This document shows positions 12,257 through 27,152 of a stretch of 64,000 nt of DNA, piece after piece. The stretch is from Podarcis cretensis (Eukaryota), in NCBI GenBank assembly GCA_951804945.1, contig OX638150.1:20522001-20586000 (forward strand), written 5' to 3'. A model generated the notes under the pieces. It was not told the DNA's origin. It saw nothing but the letters and a program-made list of their open reading frames with translations, and searched no databases. Position numbers and translations under genes: made by a program. Position 1 is the first letter of the stretch; each line of letters starts with the position of its first letter.

Positions 12257-13464
12257 TATTGTTTTTATGGAATTTGAAGGATTGAATCTGGAGATCTGCC
12301 CACACAACACAGTTGTGGCAGAAGCTGACATTTCCCCCAAGGGGCAGATGCACCTTGTTGATGAGGGGGGAGTTGGCATGGAAGACTGAACAGGTAAGGG
12401 GCAGGTGGCAGAAAACGAGGCAGAGACACCTTCAGCTCCACTCACGGATGATGATGTGAACAGCCTCTGCCTCCTTTTTTAGCCATCTTCCCCCTGTGCT
12501 GCAGCCAGGTACAAGGGGAAGGTTGTTTGGGAAGCTCTGAGGATGGGGCAAAAATGTCAGCTTCCACAAGCTCTGTTAGTCAGATACCCAGACCCAACTC
12601 TGCGTTTCTTCTCTCTCCTCTGCGAACACCTAAAACTCTAACATAGATATTAAAATATGTTTTAATAAATCAGTAGCTGTCGGAAGGATGTTTGCAAACA
12701 GAAAACAAAATAAAATGCAAAGGACTTTATGCCATTAGGGTGCACTGCTACTGTTTTATGCATTTCAAGTTGATCGTTTGTCTGCTGGGTTTGGCAATCG
12801 ATTTCATTCACCAGCCTGCACGGTGATACTAGTATAATTCCCATTAGGATAAGATCTGTCAGCATGCTGGGTTGAATGAGCGCCAGTTCACCCAAGCATT
12901 TGCTGAACTTTCACTACCCAGCTTTTAGTGATGACTTTTATTGACTGGTTTTTGCTATCATGGATGGGGGTTGCTGATGTAATTTGGTTTTTAAAAAAAT
13001 GTATCATACTTTGCTGTTTTAATGTGTTTTTGTTCTGATATTTTCTTGTACAGCACCCTGAGATTTCTTCAAAAGAAGGGCAGTATATAAATTCTGTAAA
13101 TAATAAATTCCATGGTGATATAGAGGTAGTGAAAGACTTGGAAGAGTCACTGACTGGTCTGAGAATAGCATTGTTGTGATCCATCCTGTTGCTCATTCCA
13201 GACTATTGAGGAAAACAGCCAATATGCTAAATATTTAGTGGGATTTCATTATCTTGAAATTCATTGATCAGGGAGATACATAGCAAAAATACTTCAAACT
13301 GATTCATAGCTGAAGTTTGTGTAGAAACCATGAAATGAATTTAAAATATATTGGACTATTCATTACAAAGTGTTCAATTTCAAAACCTGGCTTTGGCAAA
13401 ATATGCAAGTTTTTGGAATTTCCTTGATGGAGGCCGTAAAACCATACAAGTGTTAAGGATCTGA

Positions 13465-13683
<219 letters not shown>

Positions 13684-14542
13684 TAAAATAAAAAGCTGGT
13701 GGAGGGGAGAGAGAGAGAGATCACAATATAATTGACTGACACTATAAAGGAAGATGGTGAAAAGTACATTTACAAGACAGAGAACGCGCCTGGGGGAAAA
13801 AAATATTTCCCCCCCCCCTTTATTCCCTCTCCCCCCAATCTAGGTGCGTCCTAGTGTTTCCATTTTCATCATGGGAGTGTTTGAAGTGAGAGAATTTATG
13901 GAAAAAATCTGGAGCAGTTCAGCTCTCAGCCATCTTAGTAGGATTTCCACCCTTGCTTTTTGTCTGAGTGAAGCAAGCCCTTGCGTTTAGCTTAACTGTT
14001 TTGGCATTCCATTTGTAGGATCATTTGTACTCCGCTAACTATTGAATAGAGATGGATAATAATGTAATTTAGCAGGTTCTGAAAAGTGTGGATGTTGATG
14101 CAAAATTCAAAGCAGTGTCATCCATCAGAATGAATGTTGAGGTGCACATACAGAGTACCATCCTGTGAATCAAGGACTAGCTTGTTGTCAAGGAGGGCCA
14201 GCTATTTATATGTAAATGGAATGGAATAACTTTTTGGCTGTAGCTAAAATTCATTATCTGGCTACGTGCAAAAGTGTTCTCAAGCACTGTGGTTAGCTAG
14301 TTTTAAAGGTATAACCCTGCTATAGATAATCACAAGTTTCTGTGTCACCATCCCCAGCAGTACTTGGGGGCTCAAGTGTGAGGCTTACAGCCTAGCTAGG
14401 ATTGTATAGGACTAACTGAGATGCCTTAAAGCTATGGCTTTGCAAATCCCAGTGTCCAAACTTGTTCCAGTTAACCATGCAAACAGAGCTTTTGCCTGAC
14501 AGTTTTCTTGAACTTGTAAAGTTTTCGGTTGTCTTTCCTATA

Positions 14543-14790
14543 CGGTCATACCTCATGTTACGAACGCTTCAGGTTATGTGTTTTTGGGTTGCGGACCGCG
14601 GGAAACCCGGAAGTACCGGAACGGGTTACTTCCGGGTTTTGCCGCATGCGCAGAAGCGCTAAATCACGCTTTGCGCATGCGCATAAGCCCTAAATTGCAC
14701 TAGTGCAGACGCGGCGCTTCAGGATACGAACGCTGCGGGTTGCGGATGTGCCTCCGTCACAGATTATGTCCGCAACCCGAGGTTCCACTG
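14543..14790. mobile_element. Tc1/mariner MITE, CpG-rich
   Basis: Degenerate C(A/G)GT..TACCTC TIRs with TA flanks; internal GCGCATGCGC palindromes. Confidence 0.75.
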
Positions 14791-15551
14791 TACACTTCAT
14801 TTCCAAAACTCAGTGCCTTGTTCAAGCAAGAAAAACAGGCGATTCTTCCCCATCTGTATCAGCATTGCTCTTAAGATGGTATTCGGGAAAATACATCTTA
14901 GAAACTGCTTTGGAGACTGTGCTGCAAGAATTCTTTTCTCTGTGACATTCTTTCCTAATGACAGTATATACTTTTCATTCTCATCTAAATTATTTTCCAC
15001 TTCCATGTGATTTCCCTTGGGAGCTGAAGTCTAAAGAGCATGTAGCCAAGGATATTTCCACGTTTTTGGACGAAACCACACAGGAAGAGTGCACCCAAGT
15101 CTTTATTTTACCAGTGCAAAGAAGCTATGAGATAAAACATGCACATTTTAAATAGTAAAACTGTCATAAATTCACATATGTTCATGGCTGTGTTGGAAAA
15201 CAGTAGTAAAATGGCTAAATTCTCTGGATTGAAAATTGCTGTTGCTTTCTGAAAAAACCCTCTTGCATAATGTATCCACAAACATTGTGAAAACTACTAA
15301 AGAAAAAAAATGTAAGAAACCTGGTCTTTGATTAAAGAGGTCCTGAGGCGATGATGGTATCTGCTGGAGGTAAAACTTTTTAAGAAAGATGAATGTGTCA
15401 GCTTTAGACAGAATGCATTTTTAGCTGAAAACTTGATTCCGGTTGGCAAATGCTTCTCCACTTAATTAGCAGTTTTCATATACCTCATTGATTGAATCAT
15501 CACCACCACAGAGCAAACAAACAATAACCAAACTTTTCTTATTTCGCACAG

Positions 15552-15595
15552 AATCTGAACAAAGTGACGAACAGCTCCATAATGAAATATCGCAA
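15552..15595 (+). CDS. RHOT1: RHOT1 exon 4 (ESEQSDEQLHNEISQ)
   Basis: cacag| ... |gtgag, 44 nt. Confidence 0.96.
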
Positions 15596-15878
15596 GTGAG
15601 TCAAATGTGCATTTTGTGCCGAAATGCTTTGTTTTATATTTGCCTTGTAAAACAGTGTCAGGGTGAAATTATTTCCACCTAAGAAAGGCTAGACTGGCTT
15701 TAATTTACTCTGGAGTCATTCAAGGGCATAGCTCTCTGAGCACAAGTGTGGGGAATTGGTGCAGCCTGTAAAATAACAGGCGACTGTATTTTTTTGTATA
15801 TGTGTGGTGTAATGTTCATAAGATTGCATAAGTTGATTTCTGCAGAGAATGATCTAGTTACCTTGCAAACCCTCAGAC

Positions 15879-16179
15879 CATGGGTAGGCAGACTAAAGCC
15901 CGGGGACCAGATCTGGCCCAATCACCTTCTAAATCTGGCCCCTGGACTGTCCGGGAATCAGCATGTTTTTACATGAGTGGAATGTGTCCTTTTATTTAAA
16001 ATGCATCTCTGGGTTATTTGTGGGGCCTTCCTGGTGTTTTTACATGAGTAGAATGTGTGCTTTTATCTAAAATGCATCTCTGGGTTATTTGTGGGGCATA
16101 GGAATTCGTTCTTTTTTCAAAATATAGTCCGCACCCCCAAGGTCTGAGGGACCTTGCTGAAAACGTTTGCTGACCCCTG
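15879..16179. mobile_element. hAT MITE (family shared with 29999 and 45658)
   Basis: Perfect 8-bp TSD CCTCAGAC; imperfect TIRs CATGGGTAGGCA / TGCTGACCCCTG; internal tandem duplication. Confidence 0.88.
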
Positions 16180-16607
16180 CCTCAGACTGTAAAATGCTCT
16201 CCTTCACTATCTCCAGCCATTGGGTTAGATCATTGGTAACCAACATGGGGCCTTTGAGATGGCCAACAACATTGGCCATACAAGCTGGGGCTAGCAGGAG
16301 TTATATTCCAGCAATATCTGGAGAACACCATGTTGGCTGTGTCTAGGCTGAAAACTGAAATGCCTTGATTGAGGCCAGCTGTTGGATCAAGTCCTCAAAG
16401 CTCTATCTTTTATTTTTAAAAAATTCTTTCCTAACCTATAAGCCAGAACCATACAAGAAGTAATATTTGGCGTTTTCCATTTTTTACTGTGTGAACATAT
16501 TGGCTTGGATCCAACAAGCTGTGAGCAGAATTTTCTCACTGCCTGCCCACACTATTGCTCCTAAGGTTTGGGACACACCCCATGTGGCATAGGATATGAT
16601 GATAAAA

Positions 16608-16745
16608 TAGCTCAGTAGGTAGAGCATGAGACTCTTAATCTCAGGGTTGTGGGTTTGAGCACCACGTTGGGCCAAAGATTTCCTGTATTGCAGGGGGTTG
16701 GACTAGATGATCCTCGCGGTCCCTTCCAACTCTACAATTCTATGA
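16608..16745 (+). mobile_element. tRNA-Lys(CTT)-derived SINE with CR1 3' tail
   Basis: TAGCTCAGTAGGTAGAGCATGAGACTCTTAATCTCAGGGTTGTGGGTTTGAGCACCACGTTGGGC follows tRNA-Lys(CUU), fused to GGTCCCTTCCAACTCTACAATTCTATGA (CR1 end). Confidence 0.85.
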
Positions 16746-16868
16746 CACACCGATTAGGGCTGCCTTCTGCTTGAGCTATTGCTCTGTGTGATCCAAACCA
16801 ATAGGCATAAGAAGCAAGCCTTTTCTCTTAGTCACAGCTAACCCAGATGCTGGTGTAGAAAACACATA

Positions 16869-17417
16869 CCGTATTTTTTGCCCCATAGGACGCACCAAGT
16901 TTTTTTGGGGGGAAACAAAGAAAAAAAAATTTATTTCCCCCCCAGGCGCTTGTGGGGCCAGCAGCGGGGAGAAGCGCTCTTCTCCCCGCCGCCCGCCTGC
17001 AGATCAGGTCCGGGGACAGCGGGAGGACGCGCTGCGACTCCCAGCTGTCCCCGGAGCTTGCGGGGCTGGCGGCGGGGAGAAGAGCTCTTTTCCCCGCCGC
17101 CCGCCTGCAGACCAGGTCCGGGGACAGCGGGAGGACGCGCTGCGCCTCCCCGCTGTCCCCAGAGCTTGCCGTCAGCCTCCAAACCACATCGGGAGACAGC
17201 GGGATGGCGGGTTTCCGCCTCCCCACTGTCCCCCGGCCTTGTGGGACTGGCGCTGCGGCTCTCCTGAAGCCTGGAGAGCGAGAGAGGGTCAGTGCGCACC
17301 GACCCCTCTCGCTCTCCAGGCTTCAGCGAAAGCCTGCATTCGCCCCATAGGATGCACACGCATTTCCCCTTCATTTTTGGAGGGGAAAAAGTGCGTCCTA
17401 TAGGGCGAAAAATACGG
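16869..17417. mobile_element. Tc1/mariner-type MITE with GC-rich internal tandem hairpin repeats
   Basis: TIR CCGTATTTTT.GCCC.ATAGGACGCAC, TA TSD, two ~105-bp internal repeats. Confidence 0.85.
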
Positions 17418-17975
17418 TACTTTCCTCCTCCTTCATAGAACACCTTTTGGATAAATCTTTGCAAAACCCTTTGGAAGAAAACGTCCTTCCCATCAGCTTT
17501 TTTTGGTGCTGATTTAAGTGTTGAAGGAGGCACATGCTTGAGATCCATAAACAAAAGATAAATGCAATTAATGGTGTTTCTGGCCTAATTTAGGCAGAAT
17601 AATCTTGCTGCAGCAGAGTGCAAGATTCCTCCACCTCATCTTGGGTGATTCCCTACCTCTGGCTTTCTCTTCAGACTTTCTGGGGATATAAGGCATTGCA
17701 GGGGACTGGACAGGAAAGGAAAGATTGGTTTTGCAAACTGGTCTTCAACTCGCACAACATTCACTACAGCCCAGTATGCAGATAAATGCATATTGTCTAT
17801 TTGTGTCATCTTGATTTGAGTTGTCAACTGAATCATATTCATAAGTAAACATCTACTTACAGTTACACAGCTTTTACCATTTCCACCCCTAATGTATGCA
17901 AAGATTTGTTCTTCTAGGTGCTAAAATCTTGGAAAACCTTACTGTCCTCATCTGGCTATTTCTTCTCTGTTCCAG

Positions 17976-18029
17976 GCGAATGTAATTTGCATAGTATATG
18001 CAGTTAACAACAAGAACTCAATTGAAAAG
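17976..18029 (+). CDS. RHOT1: RHOT1 exon 5 (ANVICIVYAVNNKNSIEK)
   Basis: tccag| ... |gtatg, 54 nt. Confidence 0.97.
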
Positions 18030-18499
18030 GTATGAGGAAAGCATTTTTGTTGCGTTCTAGCTGGTGTTCATGATGAAGCCGACCCCTTGAATGTGCAAGT
18101 TTATATTTAAGGCGTCCAGATTCTCATTTGGAAAAGCTTTTAATGTCAAGACGTGGTTTATCTGCATATGCCAAATATCACCCCCCCCCCAATTCAGCAT
18201 TTTCAATCTTGCAAAGTACATTACAACTGCCTTCGTGCATTGGCCTCTTCCTCCTGTTCTTACATTTAAGGAAGAGTGTGGGAGATAGAAAAAGCTAGCA
18301 TTTTTGTAACCTGACTGCATGAACATTCTGCATTAGAAGGGAAGGACTCCCAACTTCCAAAACACTGAAATAATGATAAAATGCACTGAAACACAAGTTT
18401 CTCTGGGTGGAGATTAACTACGTTTCTGTGCTTCTTTGAGTTTCTGGTTGTTGGGGATGCTATTTGACTTGCTTTTCAATTCTTCTGGTGTTTCCATAG

Positions 18500-18790
18500 T
18501 ATTAATTCTGGAAAACTTTAGTAGTATTTATCATTTCTGTCAAAATTAAATTCCAAAAATCTTGCACCAGCTGGCATTCCCACCATAAATGATAATACGT
18601 ACCAAATTTATTGCAACCCCTCCTGCAACTGGGCGATGTAGAAGAAAACATTTTCGACATTTGCAGAGCAGTGTGATACCATCTGTATAATATTTTTAAA
18701 GCATTTTCCATTTCAAAACTGGAAACGGTTTTTTAGGGTCAGGATTCCCAAATTTTATTCCAATTCTTGGGAGGAATTTGTCTGCCAGTC
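18500..18790 (-). mobile_element. L1/Tx1 ORF2 C-terminal fragment
   Basis: Translation KILYRWYHT...CRRGC..GTYYHLWWEC..VQDFW is the L1-clade CCHC zinc-knuckle region. Confidence 0.8.
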
Positions 18791-18910
18791 TTTTCAAGGG
18801 GTTCCAATACTCATTGAATCCAGAAAGCATGTGGTAAAGCATTTGTTTCGGGTTGAATGTAAATAATGCCCAGTCTAATATTATTAATTAACACTAACTT
18901 TTTGATTTAG

Positions 18911-18963
18911 GTAACAAGTCGATGGATTCCTCTCATTAATGAAAGAACAGACAAAGACAGCAG
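18911..18963 (+). CDS. RHOT1: RHOT1 exon 6 (VTSRWIPLINERTDKDSR)
   Basis: tttag| ... |gtaca, 53 nt. Confidence 0.97.
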
Positions 18964-19844
18964 GTACATAAGTTAAAAACAATATAAATAGATTAATGCA
19001 AATCTGAGACTGTTTTACAAGCTTTGCTGAAGCAAAAAGTGTCAGTGTGAAATAAGGCCTAAACACTTACTGCTTAAACACTCATGATCTACTTTATGTG
19101 GCGTTTATACTGTATTTGTCTTTTATTATTTAGGCGGTTGTTGTTATGAGCGTAATATTTATAGTCTCTGGCGAGCTGCAGCGTTCTGACAATTATTTAT
19201 CTAAGGGCGATAGATGCTTCACAAAACACTATTTCTTTAAGCCCAAATAGTTAAACTGTTATGCTATCTGAAGAATAGTGTTGGAAGCTGAAATTGCAAT
19301 TGTGTTTCAGAAGAAGGTTGATGATAAATTCAAATTATCTTCTAAACATTTTTTCTTTGCTTGGCTTAAATCAGGTCATATTTTAGGCAAACACTTCAGG
19401 AAGCTGTTTTTAAGTTTCCTAAAGTTTTAAAAATGACATTTTCCAATTAGCTTGTACATTATATGGGGAGACTTTGTGAATATGCTTAGTACACTGGGTA
19501 CTTTAGTGAATGTATAGTACATGAATTTGTACAGAGGTTACTTGAAATTTCAAGGCTGCCTTGTTTTTAATTATTGTGCACTTAATTCATTTTTTGATAC
19601 ACACGAGGCCACCTGCTGTAAAGAACTTCAAAGTGAAGTCTTTTATGACTTAGGTTTAGCAGGCATTGTAATTTTCATTAGCTAACTGGTTTGCTAGTCA
19701 TAAATATTTTTCCAAGAGAAATCAGAATCTTCAATTTTGCAAATGCTTACTCTGGAAGAAGACCCAGTTTTACTCAGACTTGTTTCATTTTTACCAAATT
19801 GAAACACAAACCTGCTTATATTATAGTTCAGTGGACAGTCATAG

Positions 19845-20063
<219 letters not shown>

Positions 20064-20975
20064 TAATGGTTACATTGTTAACTTTAATAAGATTTGTTCA
20101 CTTTAATACAGTTTTATTAAAGTGGTTTCCCACGCTCCATAGCCAGTGCTCTCATCAAATTCTTATATTTCTGCAATTCATGTTATTGTTAACTTCAAGT
20201 TACGTTCCAATTCTTATAATAATCGCTTAGATAACAGCTGCATTCTTTATGATTTCTATTTGTGTTGTTACATTATTTAACTTTTGATAGGATTTCAAGT
20301 GAAAAGAGCTCTAACTTTTTTCAACCTGTGTGTGTCAGTCTAATATGTCCCACTTCTGTTTCTCTTGGCCTCTTGCAATGCCCTTGAAATTCTTCCACTG
20401 CTATTGTTGTCCTTCCAGTATAGCTCAGGGCTATACTCACATTTGACAATGCCAAAATGGAGCCTTAACTTCCTCTTTCCCACACCACTCCCCTTTCCCT
20501 GGGTGTCCTGTCACTTTTTTCTGTAAGCCGTGATAGAAGGGCCTGTGCATGACAGAACATTTACATGACGTTTAGCACATGCTAGTTTATTTCCATCAAT
20601 CACTCTGGGAAATTAAGACAGTTGTGTGACTGGGGCCTCACCAGCACTGGGCTTTGCAGTGCATCCAGGAGGCTTAAAAGCAGAATTAAAGAGTCATGTA
20701 GAATGGTACCTATGCAGGCCTGTACACAACTTCTCTCAGCTGCCCACCTCCAAAATCTGCTTGTGCGACCTTGGATTTCACCACCCCCTCAAAAAAAATT
20801 GTTTCCAAACGGGAGAAAGGGCCAGGAGATTTTGAGGACCATTTTAAAAGACCAGAGCCATCACCACCTCTGGGCCCTCATTTCAGTTTTTTTTATTGAT
20901 GTGAGCTGCTTTGGGGATGATATTGGCATTAAAATAATGTAGCGTGGAATTAAAGCTGCCTTGATGCTATGTTTA

Positions 20976-21333
20976 AAAGGTAAAGGTACCCCTGCCCGTA
21001 CGGGCCAGTCTTGACAGACTCTGGGGTTGTGCGCCCATCTCACTTAAGAGGCCAGGGGCCAGCGCTGTCCGGAGACACTTCCGGGTCACGTGGCCAGCGT
21101 GACATCGCTGCTCTGGCGAGCCAGAGCCGCACACGGAAACGCCGTTTACCTTCCCGCTGGTAAGCGGTCCCTATTTATCTACTTGCACCCGGAGGTGCTT
21201 TCGAACTGCTAGGTTGGCAGGCGCTGGGACTGAGCAGCGGGAGCGCACCCCACCGCAGGGATTCGAACCGCCGACCTTTCGATCGGCAAGTCCTAGGCAC
21301 TGAGGCTTTAACCCACAGCACCACCTGCGTCCC
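20976..21333 (-). mobile_element. Sauria SINE (subfamily A-like)
   Basis: Full length; TSD TGCTATGTTTA. Confidence 0.92.
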
Positions 21334-21711
21334 TGTGCTATGTTTAGTGTCTCTGTATTCTTACAAAGTCCGTTATTTATTTCAAGTATTTATAACCCAC
21401 TTTTCAATGTAAACTAACATTTTAAGCTGACAGTAAAACCATAACAGCTGGTTAAGGCATCTGTAAATAAATAAAACGGTGTAGATCAGTCAACTAATTT
21501 TAACAGCATGAAAGCAGCATTAGAACACACAAGATAAAACAGCAGTTAAAACCATTCAATGTAAAAAATAATCCCATCAGGACCTGAGTCAATAAAATGT
21601 AGAATATTCATTGCTTGGCCAAAAAAACCAGCCTGGTGCATATGGGCAAGGATTTTCCCCCTGCTTCTGTATTAAGCTGACAAGACTCATAAATTCATTT
21701 TCCCCCTCTAG

Positions 21712-22005
<294 letters not shown>

Positions 22006-22287
22006 TAGTGTGAAGTTGATATTGGGGTAGCCTGGGTCAAGGTATTCCAGGAAAAATTGTCAGAGGAGATACAGCAGTGGGAATTGGACAGGCCATTCTA
22101 AGAGAAGAAACATTAAATATCTTGGGGCTTTCTGGTTGCTCTCCCAATCCAAGGGAGATCCAGGTTGCTGTGACCCAGTTTTAGAGATTTTGTTCTCCTG
22201 CCCATATTTCTGCCCAACACTCTCCCCTCTTGAATTCAAGAATGCCCCAGATTGATAGTTCTTTCATGTCATAGTAGGTCGTGCTTG

Positions 22288-22290
<3 letters not shown>

Positions 22291-22338
<48 letters not shown>

Positions 22339-22339
22339 T
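22291..22339. repeat. (GT)n microsatellite
   Basis: Seen directly. Confidence 0.95.
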
Positions 22340-23665
22340 TTGGGGCAGGATGAAGGTGATCTGAAGGTGGAGGACAGAGCCACAACTTCGTAGGGTTTTA
22401 GACAGGCACTCAGTCTGTGGTAGATTGGCTAGAACGGCCTGCCCTCAGAGACTGATGGATCCAGCTGGTTTTCTGATGGCTCTTGGAGAGTTACATGCTG
22501 GGGCCATTCCCATTTGAAATCGTGTTTGATCGCTGAGATGGAGGAAAGCTCGCCTAGGTGACCAACACAACTGTCCTTAAATGCCTTCTCCCCTTTGATA
22601 GAGCTTGTCTGGCTTCTTGGTTTTCTGAAGAACTAGGTCTGATGAAATGACAGTAATGGATGGTAATAATACAACAGCAGTGAATACAAATATCCATATT
22701 TTCTGGGTGTTATTTTTAGGAGATCTGAATCCCTGAATAAGACATTCTACAGCTATCATTCTCAATATTCAGGTGCACCAGTGTTTCACAAATCTAAGGG
22801 CAGAATACAAACGTAGAAATAACTTTAAAATTGAAGATTGTAATTCCAAATGGGGCTTAAGTCAGTTTTGACAAAAAAAATTCAATTTTGGCCTGTAGTT
22901 GTTGCTGTGAGTCCTACCAATATGGGGGTGGGGGGGGCACTTGTATAATTTTGGGGCCTAAGTCACTGCGTTAGCAAGCCTTGAAAATTGTGTTTGCATT
23001 CAAAAAGGCCCTAGTCAGAAATAATTTTCTTCCAAATGGAATGTTACTCAAAATTGACTTAAGCCCCTTTAGGAATTAAACTCTTTAATTATAAAGCTTA
23101 TCTGTTTTAATCCTAACAAGGCTTAACACTGCCACCATGAAAGCTCCTACTGATCTTCGTTCTTGAGTTGATGAAGAACTTGGACGAAAGGGATGGATAA
23201 TGATCAGTCCTTGAGTTCTTCGGCATGTTTCTCAGTCCAAGCTTGTTACAGGCAAAACGTTCATTTACACACAGAGAAAATGCTCACATATTTATATTTA
23301 TTTGCCCAATCCTGAAGATTAATTAGTAGCTTTCCCCACCCTAAAGATGTGCTGCAAAAGACCCACAGCAAAACAGAATGACAGTTCCACCACTTTACAA
23401 GTCTGCTTTAAGATATCAAATGTTTGGGTTTAAAATAAAGTCTTGGGGGGGAAATACTTCCTGTCTCTTACACTGCTCTCTGTCCCTCCTTTCCTTTTCC
23501 TAGCATACACAAACAGAAAAGAAACAGGGTGTGCAGAGTTTTGTTAGAATTCTGTTCCATTAAAAAAAAAGGGGGGGTTTAGGGTTTTCCTATTGAATAA
23601 AAAAAATGGCAGGCTTGCCAGAATAAAAAGAAACCCCACTTCTCGCTTTTTTTCTTGATCTGTAG

Positions 23666-23959
<294 letters not shown>

Positions 23960-24240
23960 TGATCCAGAGGGTCCCTCCAGCCTTACAGAGGAAAGCTTTT
24001 GCCACGAGGCAGAGCAGGTCTGCAGCAGGACAGGAGAGAGGAGAAGCCTGCGGCATTTGGGATCCTGTCCGCTGCTTTCTCTTCTGGCAGAGAGAGAGAG
24101 AGAGAGATGGGGGGACGGACGGCGATACGATAGCGAAGAGAGGTGTCATTCTTCCATTTCCTAAGCCCGCTTCTCCAGCAAAAATTTCAGCCTGTGTGAG
24201 GGGATTGTTTAGCAGCAGCCAGATTGGGAGAAAAGCAGTA

Positions 24241-24466
24241 CAGTGGTACCTCTGGTTAAGTACTTAATTCGTTCCGGAGGTCCGTACTTAACCTGAAACT
24301 GTTCTTAACCTGAAGCACCACTTTAGCTAATGGGGCCTCCCGCTGCTGTCGCGCAGCCAGAGCACGATTTCTGTTCTCATCCTGAAGCAAAGTTCTTAAC
24401 CCGAGGTACTATTTCTGGGTTAGCGGAGTCTGTAACCTGAAGCGTATGTAACCTGAGGTACCACTG
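24241..24466. mobile_element. Tc1/mariner MITE (inverted relative to 12016 and 42354)
   Basis: CAGTGGTACCTC TIRs, TA TSD. Confidence 0.88.
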
Positions 24467-24829
24467 TAGATGTGGAAAATGTAGAGTCGCACCTCGGGTG
24501 TCTGGACTGAGAGCTTTTGGGTTCTTTTGGCGTCGTTTTTGTTTCCCCCACTGCCCATATGAAGGAAAGGAGGAAATGCAGAATCTAGGGGTTTTGTATA
24601 CCTGTGATTGGGCAGGAGCCTATCCGGCAAAAACAAAAAGTAGCATCAAAGGAAGATTTCTCTCCATCTGCTTTCCCACCTATGGGATCTCTGCTTTCTA
24701 CCTCTGGGAGAAAACGACTGTAAGACCATAAAAATGGTCCATCTGGAAAACGTTAATCACCCCCTTTCCCAGTACTACTGCTATCAAACTTATAGCCTTC
24801 CCCCAACTCAGATACTGTACCCCACCTTC

Positions 24830-24978
24830 AAATATGTTTTATCCTGTTGATGTTTTATTGTGTTTTTAATATTCTATTGGGAGCCACTCAGAGTGGCTGG
24901 GGAAACCCAGCCAGATGGATGGGGTAGTAATAATAATAATAATAATAACAACAACAACAACCACCACCACCACCACCA
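24830..24978 (+). mobile_element. L2-like 3' end with compound (AAT)n(AAC)n(CAC)n tail
   Basis: Same family as ~6105; the tail has mutated stepwise. Confidence 0.7.
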
Positions 24979-25957
24979 CGAAAAATGGGGAAAGCCATTC
25001 AGCGCCCCAGGATTTCTGTGTCTCCGGAAACAGAGCTGCACACTCTGACTTTGCTTCTGTTGCCTCTGCATGAAAATGACAAGCTTTGCCTGCCCTCAGT
25101 ATTGTGTATGTTCATGCTTCCTCCTACGGAGAGGCAGGGAGAAAATAACAGGGCTCTGGGTGTGCCTAATTTGAGTGCTTTCTGCTGGGAGACAGAGACA
25201 GAGAGAGATTGAGAGAGAGAGAAACAATACATAGGTGTCCAACTGCAACAGAATGCCATGGGGCAGAATCCATTCACATGCAGAACTCTGAGCTCATGCA
25301 CATTACCTTGGATTCAAACTACCATCCATAGACAGAATGGCATCTTCAGTCTATGAAGGGTTTATGATGTATCTGAGGAATGCCGGGAAGGGAGAAGAGT
25401 TTTTTGTTTTTTTTTACTGATCCTCTCTCACCCTGCAACTCCACCCACACTGCCCTGGAGGATTGGGGGCCCCCCTGGAACTGTGTGGGAGGCCATGCTG
25501 GTGGGATGGTGAACTGGCAAGTCTTTTCCCTCTCTGCCAGCAGGAGCATCCCTTGAACAGAACTGCCTTTAGGAATGGAGTCTGGATCCCACCAAATAAG
25601 CTATTTTATCTTGTGAATTGCTCTGAGGCCCACGGGTATAGGGCAGTAATTAAATTATAAATATAGATATAGATAGTTCACATGGTCATTGAATGAAATT
25701 TTATTTGCCCCCAAGCCGCTGCTTAACTACAAGACTGGCTTAGAAACCGTGATCTTGTTTCTGAGCCTGTAGCCATTGTTGGCACTATGCATTCAAACAC
25801 CTTCTGCTACTGCGGGATCTGGTAGCTTGCTAGTTAGTATGAAAGTTGGGGTTCTAACATGAGATCATGGGCTGTAGTGAAATGTTCCAGGCCATTGAGT
25901 CTGTATTACCAAGCCTTGGTTTGAAATAGTTCTAATATTCCTCCTCCTCCTTTTTAG

Positions 25958-26089
<132 letters not shown>

Positions 26090-26603
26090 TGAAATATGAA
26101 GATGGGATGGACCCTGAAGATGACACAAAGATAACGACAAGAATGCATTACTTAACCTCTTGCTATTTTTGAAGCCACACAAAACTGCATGTTTTAAAGT
26201 GTTGATCCACCGAAGTGTAGTACCCATTATGTTATAGATATATTGAATTGTAGATAATAGGCTTGACCACAAAACCTGTCACTCCAAAATGGCAGCGTCT
26301 TAAATTAGCTTCATCTGTGCATTTCTCTGCCTTTCTGGATATTTTCAAGGTTGAGATAAACTTGCAAGCAAAAGTACATGGAGCACTTCTTTTAATTTTA
26401 ATCCCCTCCCCCCAAATTCACTATATTACCTGCCACCAAGAGGTGAGCTGGAGGAATCGCAATTACTATTTTCTTGGAGGTGGAGGCAGTTTTCAGTGTG
26501 CTGTCACTACAGCTGTGACTTGGAAAACTGCAAGCTTAACGCAACAGTTTTTACAGGAGATTCTTGGGTAACATTTTTTTGGGAGTAGGGGATTTTACTC
26601 TGA

Positions 26604-26822
<219 letters not shown>

Positions 26823-26927
26823 TAGGTATCAGTAGGTTGTGTTTTTTTTTTTTAAGTCTAAATGCAAATAATTTTTTTACATTTGAAAGGTAGATTCCTT
26901 AATCCAATGCAACATCTTCATACTTAA

Positions 26928-27152
<225 letters not shown>

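Noticed and set aside
12928-12977. GTGATGA...CTGA as a possible box C/D snoRNA
   Set aside because: Only ~50 nt, no terminal stem, no recognisable rRNA guide
16608-16673. Functional tRNA-Lys gene
   Set aside because: 5' acceptor stem missing, B-box mutated (GGTTTGAG), and fused to a CR1 tail, so it is a SINE
16828-17554. ORFs of 129-207 aa with internal repeats
   Set aside because: Entirely explained by the GC-rich MITE; no transposase motifs
24860-25071. Poly-Asn/His and poly-Trp/Leu ORFs
   Set aside because: Translations of a compound microsatellite tail
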